From positions 11,027 to 75,026 of the IMG/VR virus record IMGVR_UViG_3300049979_000170: a DNA stretch of 64,000 bases; one strand, written 5' to 3'. The notes beneath the pieces are model-generated. The model was not told the origin of the DNA, searched no databases, and saw only the letters and a program-made list of their open reading frames with translations. The stretch's first letter is position 1. The number at the start of each line of letters is the position of its first letter. This document shows, piece by piece, positions 44,691-53,108 of the stretch. A program made the translations under genes and the position numbers. This stretch comes from a virus. Taxonomy: Duplodnaviria; Caudoviricetes.

Positions 44691-45205
44691 TGACTATTCA
44701 TTTGGATAACGCGTTCGGCCTTCCTCACCTTGATGATCTCATGAAGGATGAAGGAGTCGTTCCGACGCAACCTTCGGAGGCCGTGGTCACGGACGCCGAT
44801 GCGAATCAGATTGTGGCGGGCCTGACCGCTGCGCAGAACAATGCGGTTGCCGTTTCAGGCGTAGATACGGCCGATCACGGTCGGTCCATGGACCTTCTCT
44901 ACGATGAGACCCTGGACTATGCCCAGAAGGTCATGGACCTCGGATTCAACATCGACCCGGCTCGCGCGCCCCGCATGTTCGAAGTCGCCACTGGTCTGTA
45001 CAAGGCCGCGATGGATGCGAAGAATTCCAAGATGGACGCCCAGCTTAAGGCGCAGCAGTTGATGCTCAATCGCGCCAAATTCGAGCACGAGAAGAACGGC
45101 TCTCAGGGCGAATCTGGCGGCGAGGCGATCGAAACCCGTGGGGTGATGGTCGAGGACCGCAACGAGCTTCTGAAGCGCCTACGCGCCCAGATGAAGGGCG
45201 ACTGA
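44690..45205 (+). CDS. Conserved helical protein, possibly small-terminase-like
   Basis: Coupled to gp4; helical with DRNELLKRL C-terminus; function uncertain. Confidence 0.5.
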   Translation: MTIHLDNAFGLPHLDDLMKDEGVVPTQPSEAVVTDADANQIVAGLTAAQNNAVAVSGVDTADHGRSMDLLYDETLDYAQKVMDLGFNIDPARAPRMFEVATGLYKAAMDAKNSKMDAQLKAQQLMLNRAKFEHEKNGSQGESGGEAIETRGVMVEDRNELLKRLRAQMKGD

Positions 45206-45222
45206 GATGCGCGCTGAAATGT

Positions 45223-45250
45223 AAAAAGCCCGACGTGCACGCCGGGCTTC
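45223..45250. terminator. Bidirectional Rho-independent terminator
   Basis: AAAAAGCCCG..CGGGCTTCT. Confidence 0.6.
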
Positions 45251-45366
45251 TCTGTCGAACCGTACCAGTACATCCGTGGCCAACGATTCGCTCTGATGGT
45301 GACTTAATCCAGCGTTGGGGCGCCTGTCAATATCTATTTATCAAAAATCGCAAAAAAAGGTGCGTT

Positions 45367-45600
45367 TTAACACCAGCGCATTCGAAACGCGGTTGCGTAG
45401 GTCGGGTGGATGATCAGGATGGATGAAAGGCAAGCCGAGCTAGACCGATTGATCGTCAAGTAGCAAAACGGTACATTCTCTTCCGCCCAGGTTCGGGCGG
45501 CCTCCCATACGCCTTCTCCATTTCGCCATGTTTCTTCATCGATAATTCTTGGTCTGAACCAGTATTCTCCGTTCCGTGGCGGAGCCATCTCGAATCCCAT
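45367..45600 (-). CDS. RW-motif family small protein
   Basis: Ends LIIHPTYATAFRMRWC; TAATG overlap. Confidence 0.7.
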   Translation of the reverse strand: MGFEMAPPRNGEYWFRPRIIDEETWRNGEGVWEAARTWAEENVPFCYLTINRSSSACLSSILIIHPTYATAFRMRWC

Positions 45601-45863
45601 TAGCACCACCGCATTTTGAACTCGAACCCGAACGTCGAGTCTTCAAAATAGAAAACCCCCATCTTGGAATAGTCCCACGGCTTCGTAACCCCGCTCGGGC
45701 CGAACCGCTCCTCGCACCACGCGACGATTTCCTCGACGAACGGCGCGAACTGAGACCGCTGCCCTGGATGGTTCGACATGGTCTCGCTGAAGCTGGCACG
45801 AAACAGCCACATGCCCTCACAGGGGGTATTCTGCTCGATCTCGAAAGTGAAAGGCTGATCCAT
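45600..45863 (-). CDS. RW-motif family small protein
   Basis: WCEERFG; ends FYFEDSTFGFEFKMRWC. Confidence 0.75.
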   Translation of the reverse strand: MDQPFTFEIEQNTPCEGMWLFRASFSETMSNHPGQRSQFAPFVEEIVAWCEERFGPSGVTKPWDYSKMGVFYFEDSTFGFEFKMRWC

Positions 45864-46264
45864 CAGTCCACCTTCCCGGAAATTTTTTGGGCGACCCACA
45901 TCGCAGGGAAGTCCTTGGAGAGCATCGTAACCTTCTGGTTAACGACAACTGTTCGACCGGTCCGACTGCGGATGGTAAGCGGCGAGAGCGTGAACATATC
46001 AAACGCCTCGATGAGATCGCGTGCCGACCAGATCGTATCGTCCGGGACCTTCCATTCCATAGAGGCGGTCCAGCCATGGCAGAGGTCTTTCGAACCCCGA
46101 TCGTACCATGTATTGTCAATCTCACCATCTGGTCCCACCGGAATCGTCTCGGACCGGAGAATGTTCGAAAAGACCACACTGGACATCGGAGTATTCTGGA
46201 CCAGCCACGCAGCGATGCCGCTGAATGAGCACTGCCTACGAAGAGAGTCCCCAAGGTCTTCCAT
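45863..46264 (-). CDS. hypothetical protein
   Basis: TGATG-coupled to the RW gene. Confidence 0.5.
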   Translation of the reverse strand: MEDLGDSLRRQCSFSGIAAWLVQNTPMSSVVFSNILRSETIPVGPDGEIDNTWYDRGSKDLCHGWTASMEWKVPDDTIWSARDLIEAFDMFTLSPLTIRSRTGRTVVVNQKVTMLSKDFPAMWVAQKISGKVD

Positions 46265-46366
46265 GAACGCTCCATAAAATGGTAGAATCAATCCTATGAG
46301 TTTGCCACAGAACGATTTTCGGTCTACTAAAATCTGACTCCAACCCTACGGCATAGTTAACGCGTC

Positions 46367-46630
46367 ATGACGAGCACGAACCCCGACCGCGAAGTCACCC
46401 CCGACATCGCCATGCCGATCGTCTCCAAGCTGATCGACGAGGCAATCGGAATTCTGCGCCAGAACCCCTCGGCTGATCCGAACGTGCATCAGCAGGTGAT
46501 CACGCGTGTCCTGGGTCAGTACAACGACACCCAGGGGCATTATCACGCCGAGATCGCTCACCTCGAAGTCGGAGAGACCGATGGCCAGTTCAACCTGGGG
46601 GTCGCCCTGAGCCACCGGTACCTGCATTAA
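46367..46630 (+). CDS. hypothetical protein
   Basis: ORF track. Confidence 0.55.
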   Translation: MTSTNPDREVTPDIAMPIVSKLIDEAIGILRQNPSADPNVHQQVITRVLGQYNDTQGHYHAEIAHLEVGETDGQFNLGVALSHRYLH

Positions 46631-46920
46631 TCAAAATTATCGACGGCCATCACAAACTTAACTTTCTCGGGCGGGATTTTAATTCCTTCGTGGAACAAGA
46701 TGATCGCCGAGACTGCTTCTCGTAGAAATCCGTCGCGCTCGTCATCCGTAAATATACCGTCGCCCCGAGGTGAGGCTGCAAACATCTCGATTCCTCTTGA
46801 GTCAGGGCAATTTACCCGGAAATGGCCATGTCGGAGACGAAGGTATCCGACCTGCTCCCCGTTCCTGTACGCGTCGTACTGCTCCGGGCAGGCGCCGCAG
46901 GTCATGACGAGCTTGATCAT
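46627..46920 (-). CDS. hypothetical protein
   Basis: TCGACPEQYDAY...VGYLRLRHG, a common phage hypothetical pattern. Confidence 0.6.
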   Translation of the reverse strand: MIKLVMTCGACPEQYDAYRNGEQVGYLRLRHGHFRVNCPDSRGIEMFAASPRGDGIFTDDERDGFLREAVSAIILFHEGIKIPPEKVKFVMAVDNFD

Positions 46921-47177
46921 CGGCTGAACCCCTCGCAGTAATGGCGCTGTTGCAGGTTGGTGATCGAGGCGCACTCGCCCGGTCGGCCTGTCTGGGCACC
47001 ACAGATTCTACGCTTCGTCGGGTCCTGAATCGACGCGCAGTAGCCGGGCTTTCCCTCGTCGCGCGCGCGGCAGAGCCAGCGATCGTCCGTGTCCCGAATG
47101 AGCGCGCACGACGACGGTTGGGCATGGGCGGCGCTAGCGGCGACGAGCACACCCAGGGCGAGGATCACGCGAATCAT
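46917..47177 (-). CDS. Secreted Cys-rich small protein
   Basis: Signal peptide MIRVILALGVLVAASAAHA; three C-x-x-I...R-x-x-C repeats. Confidence 0.7.
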   Translation of the reverse strand: MIRVILALGVLVAASAAHAQPSSCALIRDTDDRWLCRARDEGKPGYCASIQDPTKRRICGAQTGRPGECASITNLQQRHYCEGFSR

Positions 47178-47329
47178 TCGCGGAACGCCGTGAGTGACGC
47201 GCCGAAAAAGAAGAATCCAGCGCCCCTCAGATTGGGGTCATCGAACGCGTTTCCAGCCCCATAGAAGAGGACCCCCACCCCGAGGATAAACAGAAACGTC
47301 TTGATCGACGGATCGAGTAATTTTGTCAT
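47174..47329 (-). CDS. small two-TM membrane protein
   Basis: MTKLLDPSIKTFLFILGVGVLFYG...GFFFFGASL; ATGA overlaps on both sides. Confidence 0.55.
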   Translation of the reverse strand: MTKLLDPSIKTFLFILGVGVLFYGAGNAFDDPNLRGAGFFFFGASLTAFRE

Positions 47330-47667
47330 TCCGAAGCTCCCCGGCGGGCAAATTCCCGCTCCGCTATGATGGACGAGTAGTGGCGAGTTTCCCCGGTCGG
47401 ACCGCGCACGATGAACGGCTGAGGGTCCATCGCTGACGTATAAACTAAGGTAACCTCACCCTTCCGGGCGAGGACCCCTCCGTTCTTCTGGTGACACACC
47501 CACTGGAGAACCGCGTTGGCCTTGTCAGTGGCTTCCTTTTCCGCCTTCACGGGTTCGGCCCAGCCGCTGCGGGCGGTAAAGTCGCTGACCAACTGGCGGT
47601 AATGGGACTGGAAGTATTTGGCGTCAGGATTCACAGCGGGGTCAAGCAACTTCTGGATCGTCCACAT
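47326..47667 (-). CDS. hypothetical protein
   Basis: ORF in an early operon. Confidence 0.6.
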   Translation of the reverse strand: MWTIQKLLDPAVNPDAKYFQSHYRQLVSDFTARSGWAEPVKAEKEATDKANAVLQWVCHQKNGGVLARKGEVTLVYTSAMDPQPFIVRGPTGETRHYSSIIAEREFARRGASE

Positions 47668-47976
47668 TTATTTGAATCCACTGTTCTCGGCCACGTTGAG
47701 ACTGAGCTTGAGCAGCATCATATCGATCTCGAACGCTTCGCAATCGCCCATGACATATGCGCGCGTAGCGGTACCGGGCTCGTACTTGACCGGGCAGTCA
47801 CATGACCAGCCCTCGCCTTTGAACCGGACCTTCTGGTTCATCGGTAGCATCGTAAACCGCTTACCGCTCATCTCGATCTGCGCTCCATCACCACCGCCCT
47901 CCTTGGCCGCGACAATTGCGGCCTGGAGCGCCTTGAGAGTACGAACATCGGGGCGCTTCAGTTCACGAGGCTGCAT
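47668..47976 (-). CDS. early hypothetical protein
   Basis: AGGAG RBS; promoter at 48003-48030. Confidence 0.65.
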   Translation of the reverse strand: MQPRELKRPDVRTLKALQAAIVAAKEGGGDGAQIEMSGKRFTMLPMNQKVRFKGEGWSCDCPVKYEPGTATRAYVMGDCEAFEIDMMLLKLSLNVAENSGFK

Positions 47977-48002
47977 AGGTGTAAACTCCTTCTATTACCA
48001 TC

Positions 48003-48030
48003 ATAATACGCTATTTCGAAAGTACGTCAA
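48003..48030 (-). promoter_or_regulatory. sigma70-like early promoter TTGACG-N16-TATTAT
   Basis: Direct match; the spacer shares CGAAATAGCG with the 56289 promoter. Confidence 0.65.
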
Positions 48031-48047
48031 CCGGTATCCTTAGATGG

Positions 48048-48055
48048 TATAAATA
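48048..48055 (+). promoter_or_regulatory. T4-type late promoter TATAAATA
   Basis: Exact T4 late consensus upstream of the 48086 ORF. Confidence 0.75.
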
Positions 48056-48085
48056 CAGTTAATTCACTTACCGCACGGGGATCAG

Positions 48086-48838
48086 ATGGACATCCGCCAC
48101 TATATTTCGCAGGTCGAGAAGACTTATAACTACCGCATCAAGACTGTTGTCCCATTGAACGATGATTCGATGGGTCGAATCGAGCGGGTTATTCTAAAGT
48201 ACCAGCCACAGAATCTTTCCGACCCCCGCCGCACGATGTTCCAGAAGAATCCACTGGATTTCCCGACTGTTCCGGGAGCCGAAGTGTACATCGTGGATGT
48301 CGAACTCGGGCTTCCTGCGTCATCGTTCAACCTCGCCCGCGAGATCAAGGACGCTCTCGGTATTCCGGACAAGTTCGTAGTCGTCCGTGGCGAGAACGAC
48401 CCGACCGAGCTTGAGACCCAGGCGCTGGTGACCAAGGCCGAAATGGACGAAGTTGCCGAGAAGGCAGGAATGGTTCCGGGCGCGCTGCTCGACCACCCGA
48501 CTTACGACGAGTCCGACATGAAAGACGGCGCCGAGTTCTACGGCGACACCTACAACAAGCGCTTCCTCGGATACCTGTCCAAGGTCGAGGGCGAGCGTAA
48601 GGAGAAGACCAAGCGTGATCCGGTCAACGCACCGTTCGGCTGGCTCGAAACGCCGAAGTCCGACGTTCCGCAGGACGATGGTCCGACCATTGGTACCGAG
48701 CAGGGCACGCAGAGCGACGTGATCTCCGGAAAGGGCAATATCGACGGCGACAAGCGTTCGTACAGCCGCGTCTACCAGAAGCAGGGCAAGACCTTCGTCA
48801 AGACCGACGCAGGCGACCCGATTCGAAAGGGAAAGTAA
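48086..48838 (+). CDS. late conserved structural/hypothetical protein
   Basis: Late promoter; MDIRHYISQVE...YNYRIK...PLDFP pattern. Confidence 0.7.
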   Translation: MDIRHYISQVEKTYNYRIKTVVPLNDDSMGRIERVILKYQPQNLSDPRRTMFQKNPLDFPTVPGAEVYIVDVELGLPASSFNLAREIKDALGIPDKFVVVRGENDPTELETQALVTKAEMDEVAEKAGMVPGALLDHPTYDESDMKDGAEFYGDTYNKRFLGYLSKVEGERKEKTKRDPVNAPFGWLETPKSDVPQDDGPTIGTEQGTQSDVISGKGNIDGDKRSYSRVYQKQGKTFVKTDAGDPIRKGK

Positions 48839-49486
48839 GTGTCTGACCTGATCTCGCAGCTTCACAAAATGGTTTCAAAGGTTATTTCGGACGAGAATCT
48901 GATCGGTGGCGTTCGCCTCAGCCAGAGTGGTTGTGAGAAGGTCGCCAATCGCCTTGGTATCTCGGCGGGCGAAGTGAATTCGCTCCTGCAAAGTCTTGCC
49001 GGACGACTACGAGACGATCGCGTAGTCGAAACTGAGATGACCGAAGCCCTAGGATCGAACGAGCGCTTCAGCTTTGAGCGGGACCTCATGAAAAACGTGA
49101 TGGTGCGCGATAATCGGACGGGTAAATCGGCTTTCCTACGTGGATCAGAGGCGGCGGCGCTTCTGAATAAGCTCTCGGCAGGTGCAGACGAGCAGGCCGT
49201 GCTCAGCGCATACGCGCCGCTGATGGAAGGTCGCAAGACAATCGTCGATGAGGACGAGGATTCTTTTCATAACGAAATTCACTCCTCCCATGGTGCGTAT
49301 AACTTCCCCTGGCGAGTCGGTGATCTGCGTGGCCATGCAACGGCGCGCTTCAAGGGACGCGGACCTCAAATGAGCGTCAGCCTGTTGTCGGTTCGTGACG
49401 ATGATGGTGAAGAGATTGAAAACGTGAACGAGCAACTGAAGCAGGCCATTCAAGAAAGAGCCGTGGCGTTCATCGGGCAGGAATAA
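48839..49486 (+). CDS. late hypothetical protein
   Basis: Co-transcribed with the 48086 ORF. Confidence 0.6.
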   Translation: MSDLISQLHKMVSKVISDENLIGGVRLSQSGCEKVANRLGISAGEVNSLLQSLAGRLRDDRVVETEMTEALGSNERFSFERDLMKNVMVRDNRTGKSAFLRGSEAAALLNKLSAGADEQAVLSAYAPLMEGRKTIVDEDEDSFHNEIHSSHGAYNFPWRVGDLRGHATARFKGRGPQMSVSLLSVRDDDGEEIENVNEQLKQAIQERAVAFIGQE

Positions 49487-49530
49487 CGCTCTTCTTGACA
49501 AACGCTCGAATCCGGTCATAGGGTTGGCGC

Positions 49531-49761
49531 ATGTTTTGGGAAAACCCTAAAGAGAAGCTGGCGGCCCTGAAGGATTTGGCTACTGCCAATCCCTCACTGC
49601 CGTGGCAACGGATACACGAGGTCATGGAATCCAGATTCCGTGAGCCCTATAAGATTGAGGTGCTTCAACGTATCGCGCACACTTACGGGTATCGGCCCCG
49701 AGAAGTGACAAGGCGATATGGGTCGCGAAAGCGACAAGACACTCAATCGGTCAACCAATAG
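49531..49761 (+). CDS. small hypothetical protein
   Basis: TTGACA-N16-CATAGG promoter at 49495-49522. Confidence 0.5.
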   Translation: MFWENPKEKLAALKDLATANPSLPWQRIHEVMESRFREPYKIEVLQRIAHTYGYRPREVTRRYGSRKRQDTQSVNQ

Positions 49762-49793
49762 AAAAGGGCGCGGATTACTCCGCGCCCTTCTTC
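49762..49793. terminator. Bidirectional Rho-independent terminator
   Basis: AAAAGGGCGCGG-ATTACT-CCGCGCCCTTCTT. Confidence 0.7.
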
Positions 49794-49813
49794 ATATCGG
49801 GTATTTGGGACGA

Positions 49814-50053
49814 TCAGGTGTTAGAGGACTGCTGCCCCTGACCCGACTGGTTGCCCTGGTTGCCAGCGCCTTGTCCGGACTGGTTGCCCGACTGATTCCC
49901 TGATTGGTTGCCCTGCTGTCCGGACTGCTGTCCTTCGGTGCCGGTCTGCGTACCGGTCTGACCCGACTGTCCTGACTTCTGGCCTGACTGATTCCCCGTC
50001 TGGCCCTGCTGATTCTGGTTCTTCTGGTCCATATTGCCTGTAGACTGGCTCAT
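49814..50053 (-). CDS. Q/G/S/N-rich low-complexity small protein
   Basis: CAGGAG RBS; repeats such as GNQSGQ and QSGQQG; almost no hydrophobic residues. Confidence 0.7.
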   Translation of the reverse strand: MSQSTGNMDQKNQNQQGQTGNQSGQKSGQSGQTGTQTGTEGQQSGQQGNQSGNQSGNQSGQGAGNQGNQSGQGQQSSNT

Positions 50054-50173
50054 GTGAAGGTCTCCTGAATCTAGTCCAACCAAATCGTTGGACACGGCGC
50101 TAAGTTAGACAACACAAGAGATGACGCAAGCCCATCTTTACGTTAAAATTTTGGGAACGAATCGTCGAATACC

Positions 50174-50419
50174 ATGATTGCGCCCATACTGGAGATACCC
50201 ATGACGGCGATGCGAACCCTTGATCTCGCTGATATTACAGCGACGTTCGACCAAATGCTGGATGATCTCGATTGTCTGAATCTGGACGCGCGGTCACGGC
50301 GACACCCACACGCGACCGAAACCCCGCGCAGTTCTCGGGCCGAACCCGAGATGGAAATTGGCGTCGGAACCTCGCGCGTCCGCCGCCTTCCCACACAGGA
50401 AGCCTCACAGGCCCATTAG
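50174..50419 (+). CDS. hypothetical protein
   Basis: ORF track; weak support. Confidence 0.4.
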   Translation: MIAPILEIPMTAMRTLDLADITATFDQMLDDLDCLNLDARSRRHPHATETPRSSRAEPEMEIGVGTSRVRRLPTQEASQAH

Positions 50420-51762
50420 GAGCGCCACCAGAGCGTTCCATCGACCATGTCCTTCACACGGATGCCATGGCCAGCCAGAACGTCCCTGAGGGCGTCTGAG
50501 CGCGCGTAATCGCCTGTCTTACGGGCCTCTCGGCGCTGATCAAGCAGTTCCTGCTCTTCCTGGCTCGCGGACGGTCGCTTCTGCGCGAAGCCAAGCCGAT
50601 CGAGCGCGAACATCATCCCCTGGGCAACAGTGGGATTCTTCGTCGTATTGAGTAGGTTGGTGGCCTCGTGAAGCTCGGTGATCGCCTGCGGGGTGTTCAG
50701 GTCTTTTGCCAACGCCCCGATGATGGTCTGGGAGACCATGTTGTTGACCGGCTCTAGGGACGTGTACGGAAGCAGCGCGTCACGCCACCGGGCAAGCGCC
50801 AGCCGAGCAGATTCCAGCGTCGCGTCGGTGAAGTCGAGCGGTGACCGATAATGGGTCTGGAGCAGGGCCAGACGAATCTCCGGCCCCGTGAAGCCACGCG
50901 CGACCACGTCGGGCACGGTGAAAAAGTTACCGGCGGACTTCGCCATCTTCTCCCGGCCGACCAGCACCATCCCGTTGTGGACCCAGAAGTTTGCGAGTTT
51001 CCGACCCGGCGTGTGGTGGGAGCACGCGTACTGGCTGATCTCGCAATCGTGGTGGGGAAAACGCAGGTCACCACCACCCGCATGAACGTCGATGGTCTGG
51101 TCCGCGAAAATGCTCTCGATCATCGCGGAGCATTCGATATGCCAGCCCGGCCGACCTCGACCGAACGAGGCGTCCCAACCGGGCTGATCCGGCGTTGACG
51201 GCTTCCATAGGACAAAGTCGGCCTGATTCCGCTTGTAGCTGGCCTCGCTGATCCGGTGCTGACCCGCTTGGAGATCGGACTGGATATGGCGGGAAAGCGC
51301 GCCATGCTCGGGATATGAGGCGACATCGAACAGCACATGGCCTTCCGACTCGTAGGCATGGCAGTTCAAAAGGAGTGCTGCGATCTGCCCGATGATGGGT
51401 GCGATATTCCCCGTGGCGCGCGGCTCATGATTGGGGCGTAGGCATCCGAGGGAATCCACCACCTCGTGGTACTGGACGATCACCCGCTCGGTCAGCGCGT
51501 GAATGGGCTCGCCGTTCTGGGCGGCCCGGTCCATGATCTTGTCGTCGATGTCGGTGAAGTTTCGCGCGTACTTTACCGTGTCTGCCCCGTAGGCGAGCCG
51601 GAGCAGCCGGTAGAGCACATCGAAGACCACCGCCGGGCGAGCGTTCCCCAGGTGGGGAACGTCGTACACGGTCGGCCCGCACGCATACATGGTCACGTAG
51701 TTGGGGTCCTGCGGGGTGAACCGCTCCACGCTACGGGACAATGAATTGTACAGGTCGATCAT
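50416..51762 (-). CDS. cysS: Cysteinyl-tRNA synthetase
   Basis: YACGPTVYD.PHLGNAR (HIGH), NFTDIDDKI, DFVLWK, GRPGWHIECSAM, DLRFPHH, KMAKS (KMSKS), anticodon-binding C-terminus. Confidence 0.95.
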   Translation of the reverse strand: MIDLYNSLSRSVERFTPQDPNYVTMYACGPTVYDVPHLGNARPAVVFDVLYRLLRLAYGADTVKYARNFTDIDDKIMDRAAQNGEPIHALTERVIVQYHEVVDSLGCLRPNHEPRATGNIAPIIGQIAALLLNCHAYESEGHVLFDVASYPEHGALSRHIQSDLQAGQHRISEASYKRNQADFVLWKPSTPDQPGWDASFGRGRPGWHIECSAMIESIFADQTIDVHAGGGDLRFPHHDCEISQYACSHHTPGRKLANFWVHNGMVLVGREKMAKSAGNFFTVPDVVARGFTGPEIRLALLQTHYRSPLDFTDATLESARLALARWRDALLPYTSLEPVNNMVSQTIIGALAKDLNTPQAITELHEATNLLNTTKNPTVAQGMMFALDRLGFAQKRPSASQEEQELLDQRREARKTGDYARSDALRDVLAGHGIRVKDMVDGTLWWRS

Positions 51763-51774
51763 CACGATGCCTTG

Positions 51775-52353
51775 TCAGTTGTCGAAGAAGAACACCAGCC
51801 GTGTCTTCTCGGGATTCTCAATGTTCTTGAGAAGCCATTTATGCTGTTGCGGGAACCGTTGCACGCCAGGATTGGCCAACATCTCGTCAACCATGAGCCA
51901 GGAATGGGAATGGCCGTCGTCGCCCATCGTCTCGATCTCCCGCGCCACCTCCGGGCTGGCATCGTCGGGTATCCCGCGCTGCTCGAACGAGTCCGGGTGA
52001 TCTGAACGGACGCCCTTCGCGGCCCAGCCGAAGAAGCCGTAGTCCCGGACCCGGAACCGCTCCGTGTATTCCGTGCCTGGGAGGTTGAAGTCCCACTGCA
52101 TCAGCGGATCGTGCCCGTACTTGGCCTCGGCCTCCTCGATCGACATCGCCTCGAAGTATGCGCTGACCTTCTTGTATCGGGCCATGCTGTTGTCCTCGGG
52201 CTCGAAGGTGAACGCTAGATCGGCCGCGCCATTGTCGAGCTTCTTCTCGACAATCAACTCGTACCAGTATTCGACGTTCGGAGTTGGCTTCCACGTGGGA
52301 ACCCATTTGCCATCAATAAGCGTTTCGAAATACGTATGTATGTCACAACCCAC
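51775..52353 (-). CDS. conserved phage hypothetical protein
   Basis: MGCDIH...RDYGFFG...RG.PDDAS...HSHSWL...RLVFFFDN; GTG start with GGAGG RBS. Confidence 0.7.
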   Translation of the reverse strand: MGCDIHTYFETLIDGKWVPTWKPTPNVEYWYELIVEKKLDNGAADLAFTFEPEDNSMARYKKVSAYFEAMSIEEAEAKYGHDPLMQWDFNLPGTEYTERFRVRDYGFFGWAAKGVRSDHPDSFEQRGIPDDASPEVAREIETMGDDGHSHSWLMVDEMLANPGVQRFPQQHKWLLKNIENPEKTRLVFFFDN

Positions 52354-52417
52354 TTTTATTCCCTCCCTTTGGAGTGCTCTAAGAAACTGCCGCACGTTTA
52401 GTGGCATTAAAGCTCAC

Positions 52418-52669
52418 TTAGAAAAATCTAAGCTTGAATTCAAGCGCCACATTGGGGTCTGAGAACGTATATTCGTAATGCATATACTCTCCCCAATTGT
52501 CGAATCGACTTCCTTTTCCATCGCAAGGGAACGAGTAAGCGGAAAAAAGACCTGGAACATCGTCCGAGGCCGCCCATTTGAATGGCTCTGAATCGAAGCA
52601 AAAATCGACGGAAATCGGGCGAATGACCCGGACCTCGTGTGCCTGACGCAGAACAATGCGTACGGCCAT
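52418..52669 (-). CDS. RW-motif family small protein
   Basis: Ends YTFSDPNVALEFKLRFF. Confidence 0.7.
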   Translation of the reverse strand: MAVRIVLRQAHEVRVIRPISVDFCFDSEPFKWAASDDVPGLFSAYSFPCDGKGSRFDNWGEYMHYEYTFSDPNVALEFKLRFF

Positions 52670-52671
52670 TG

Positions 52672-52983
52672 CTACTCGGCGCGCCCGAGTAAGATCATCT
52701 GCTCGACCTCGGTGAGCTTACCGAGAACCTTCTTTCGGGCCTCCCCGGTGTTGTACGCCTTGGCGGCCTTCGCCGTGGCGAACGTGAGCATCGGCGTGGC
52801 CTTCATCCGGGAGTCGCTGCCGACGTACTTCTCGGCCTCCGACTTGCCGAGGATCACCGTGTTGCAGGTCTCGTTCCGACCGTCCTCGTCGGACACCCAG
52901 ATCAAATAGACCACACCGACCGGATCGTTGCTTTCCAGCGGCATCCCGCTGCTCATACCGGGGGTGATTCTACGGTCGGACAT
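52672..52983 (-). CDS. early hypothetical protein
   Basis: GGGAG RBS; promoter TTGACA-N16-TACGCT at 53011-53038. Confidence 0.65.
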   Translation of the reverse strand: MSDRRITPGMSSGMPLESNDPVGVVYLIWVSDEDGRNETCNTVILGKSEAEKYVGSDSRMKATPMLTFATAKAAKAYNTGEARKKVLGKLTEVEQMILLGRAE

Positions 52984-53108
52984 TTTGGTCTCCCAATTTT
53001 GAATGTACGCAGCGTACATTGATTTGAAAGCCTGTCAAGCGATGAACGACCCTTTATCAAGGTATTATTCCTAAATACGTATATAGTTAACGGATTTTGC
53101 CTCAATTT

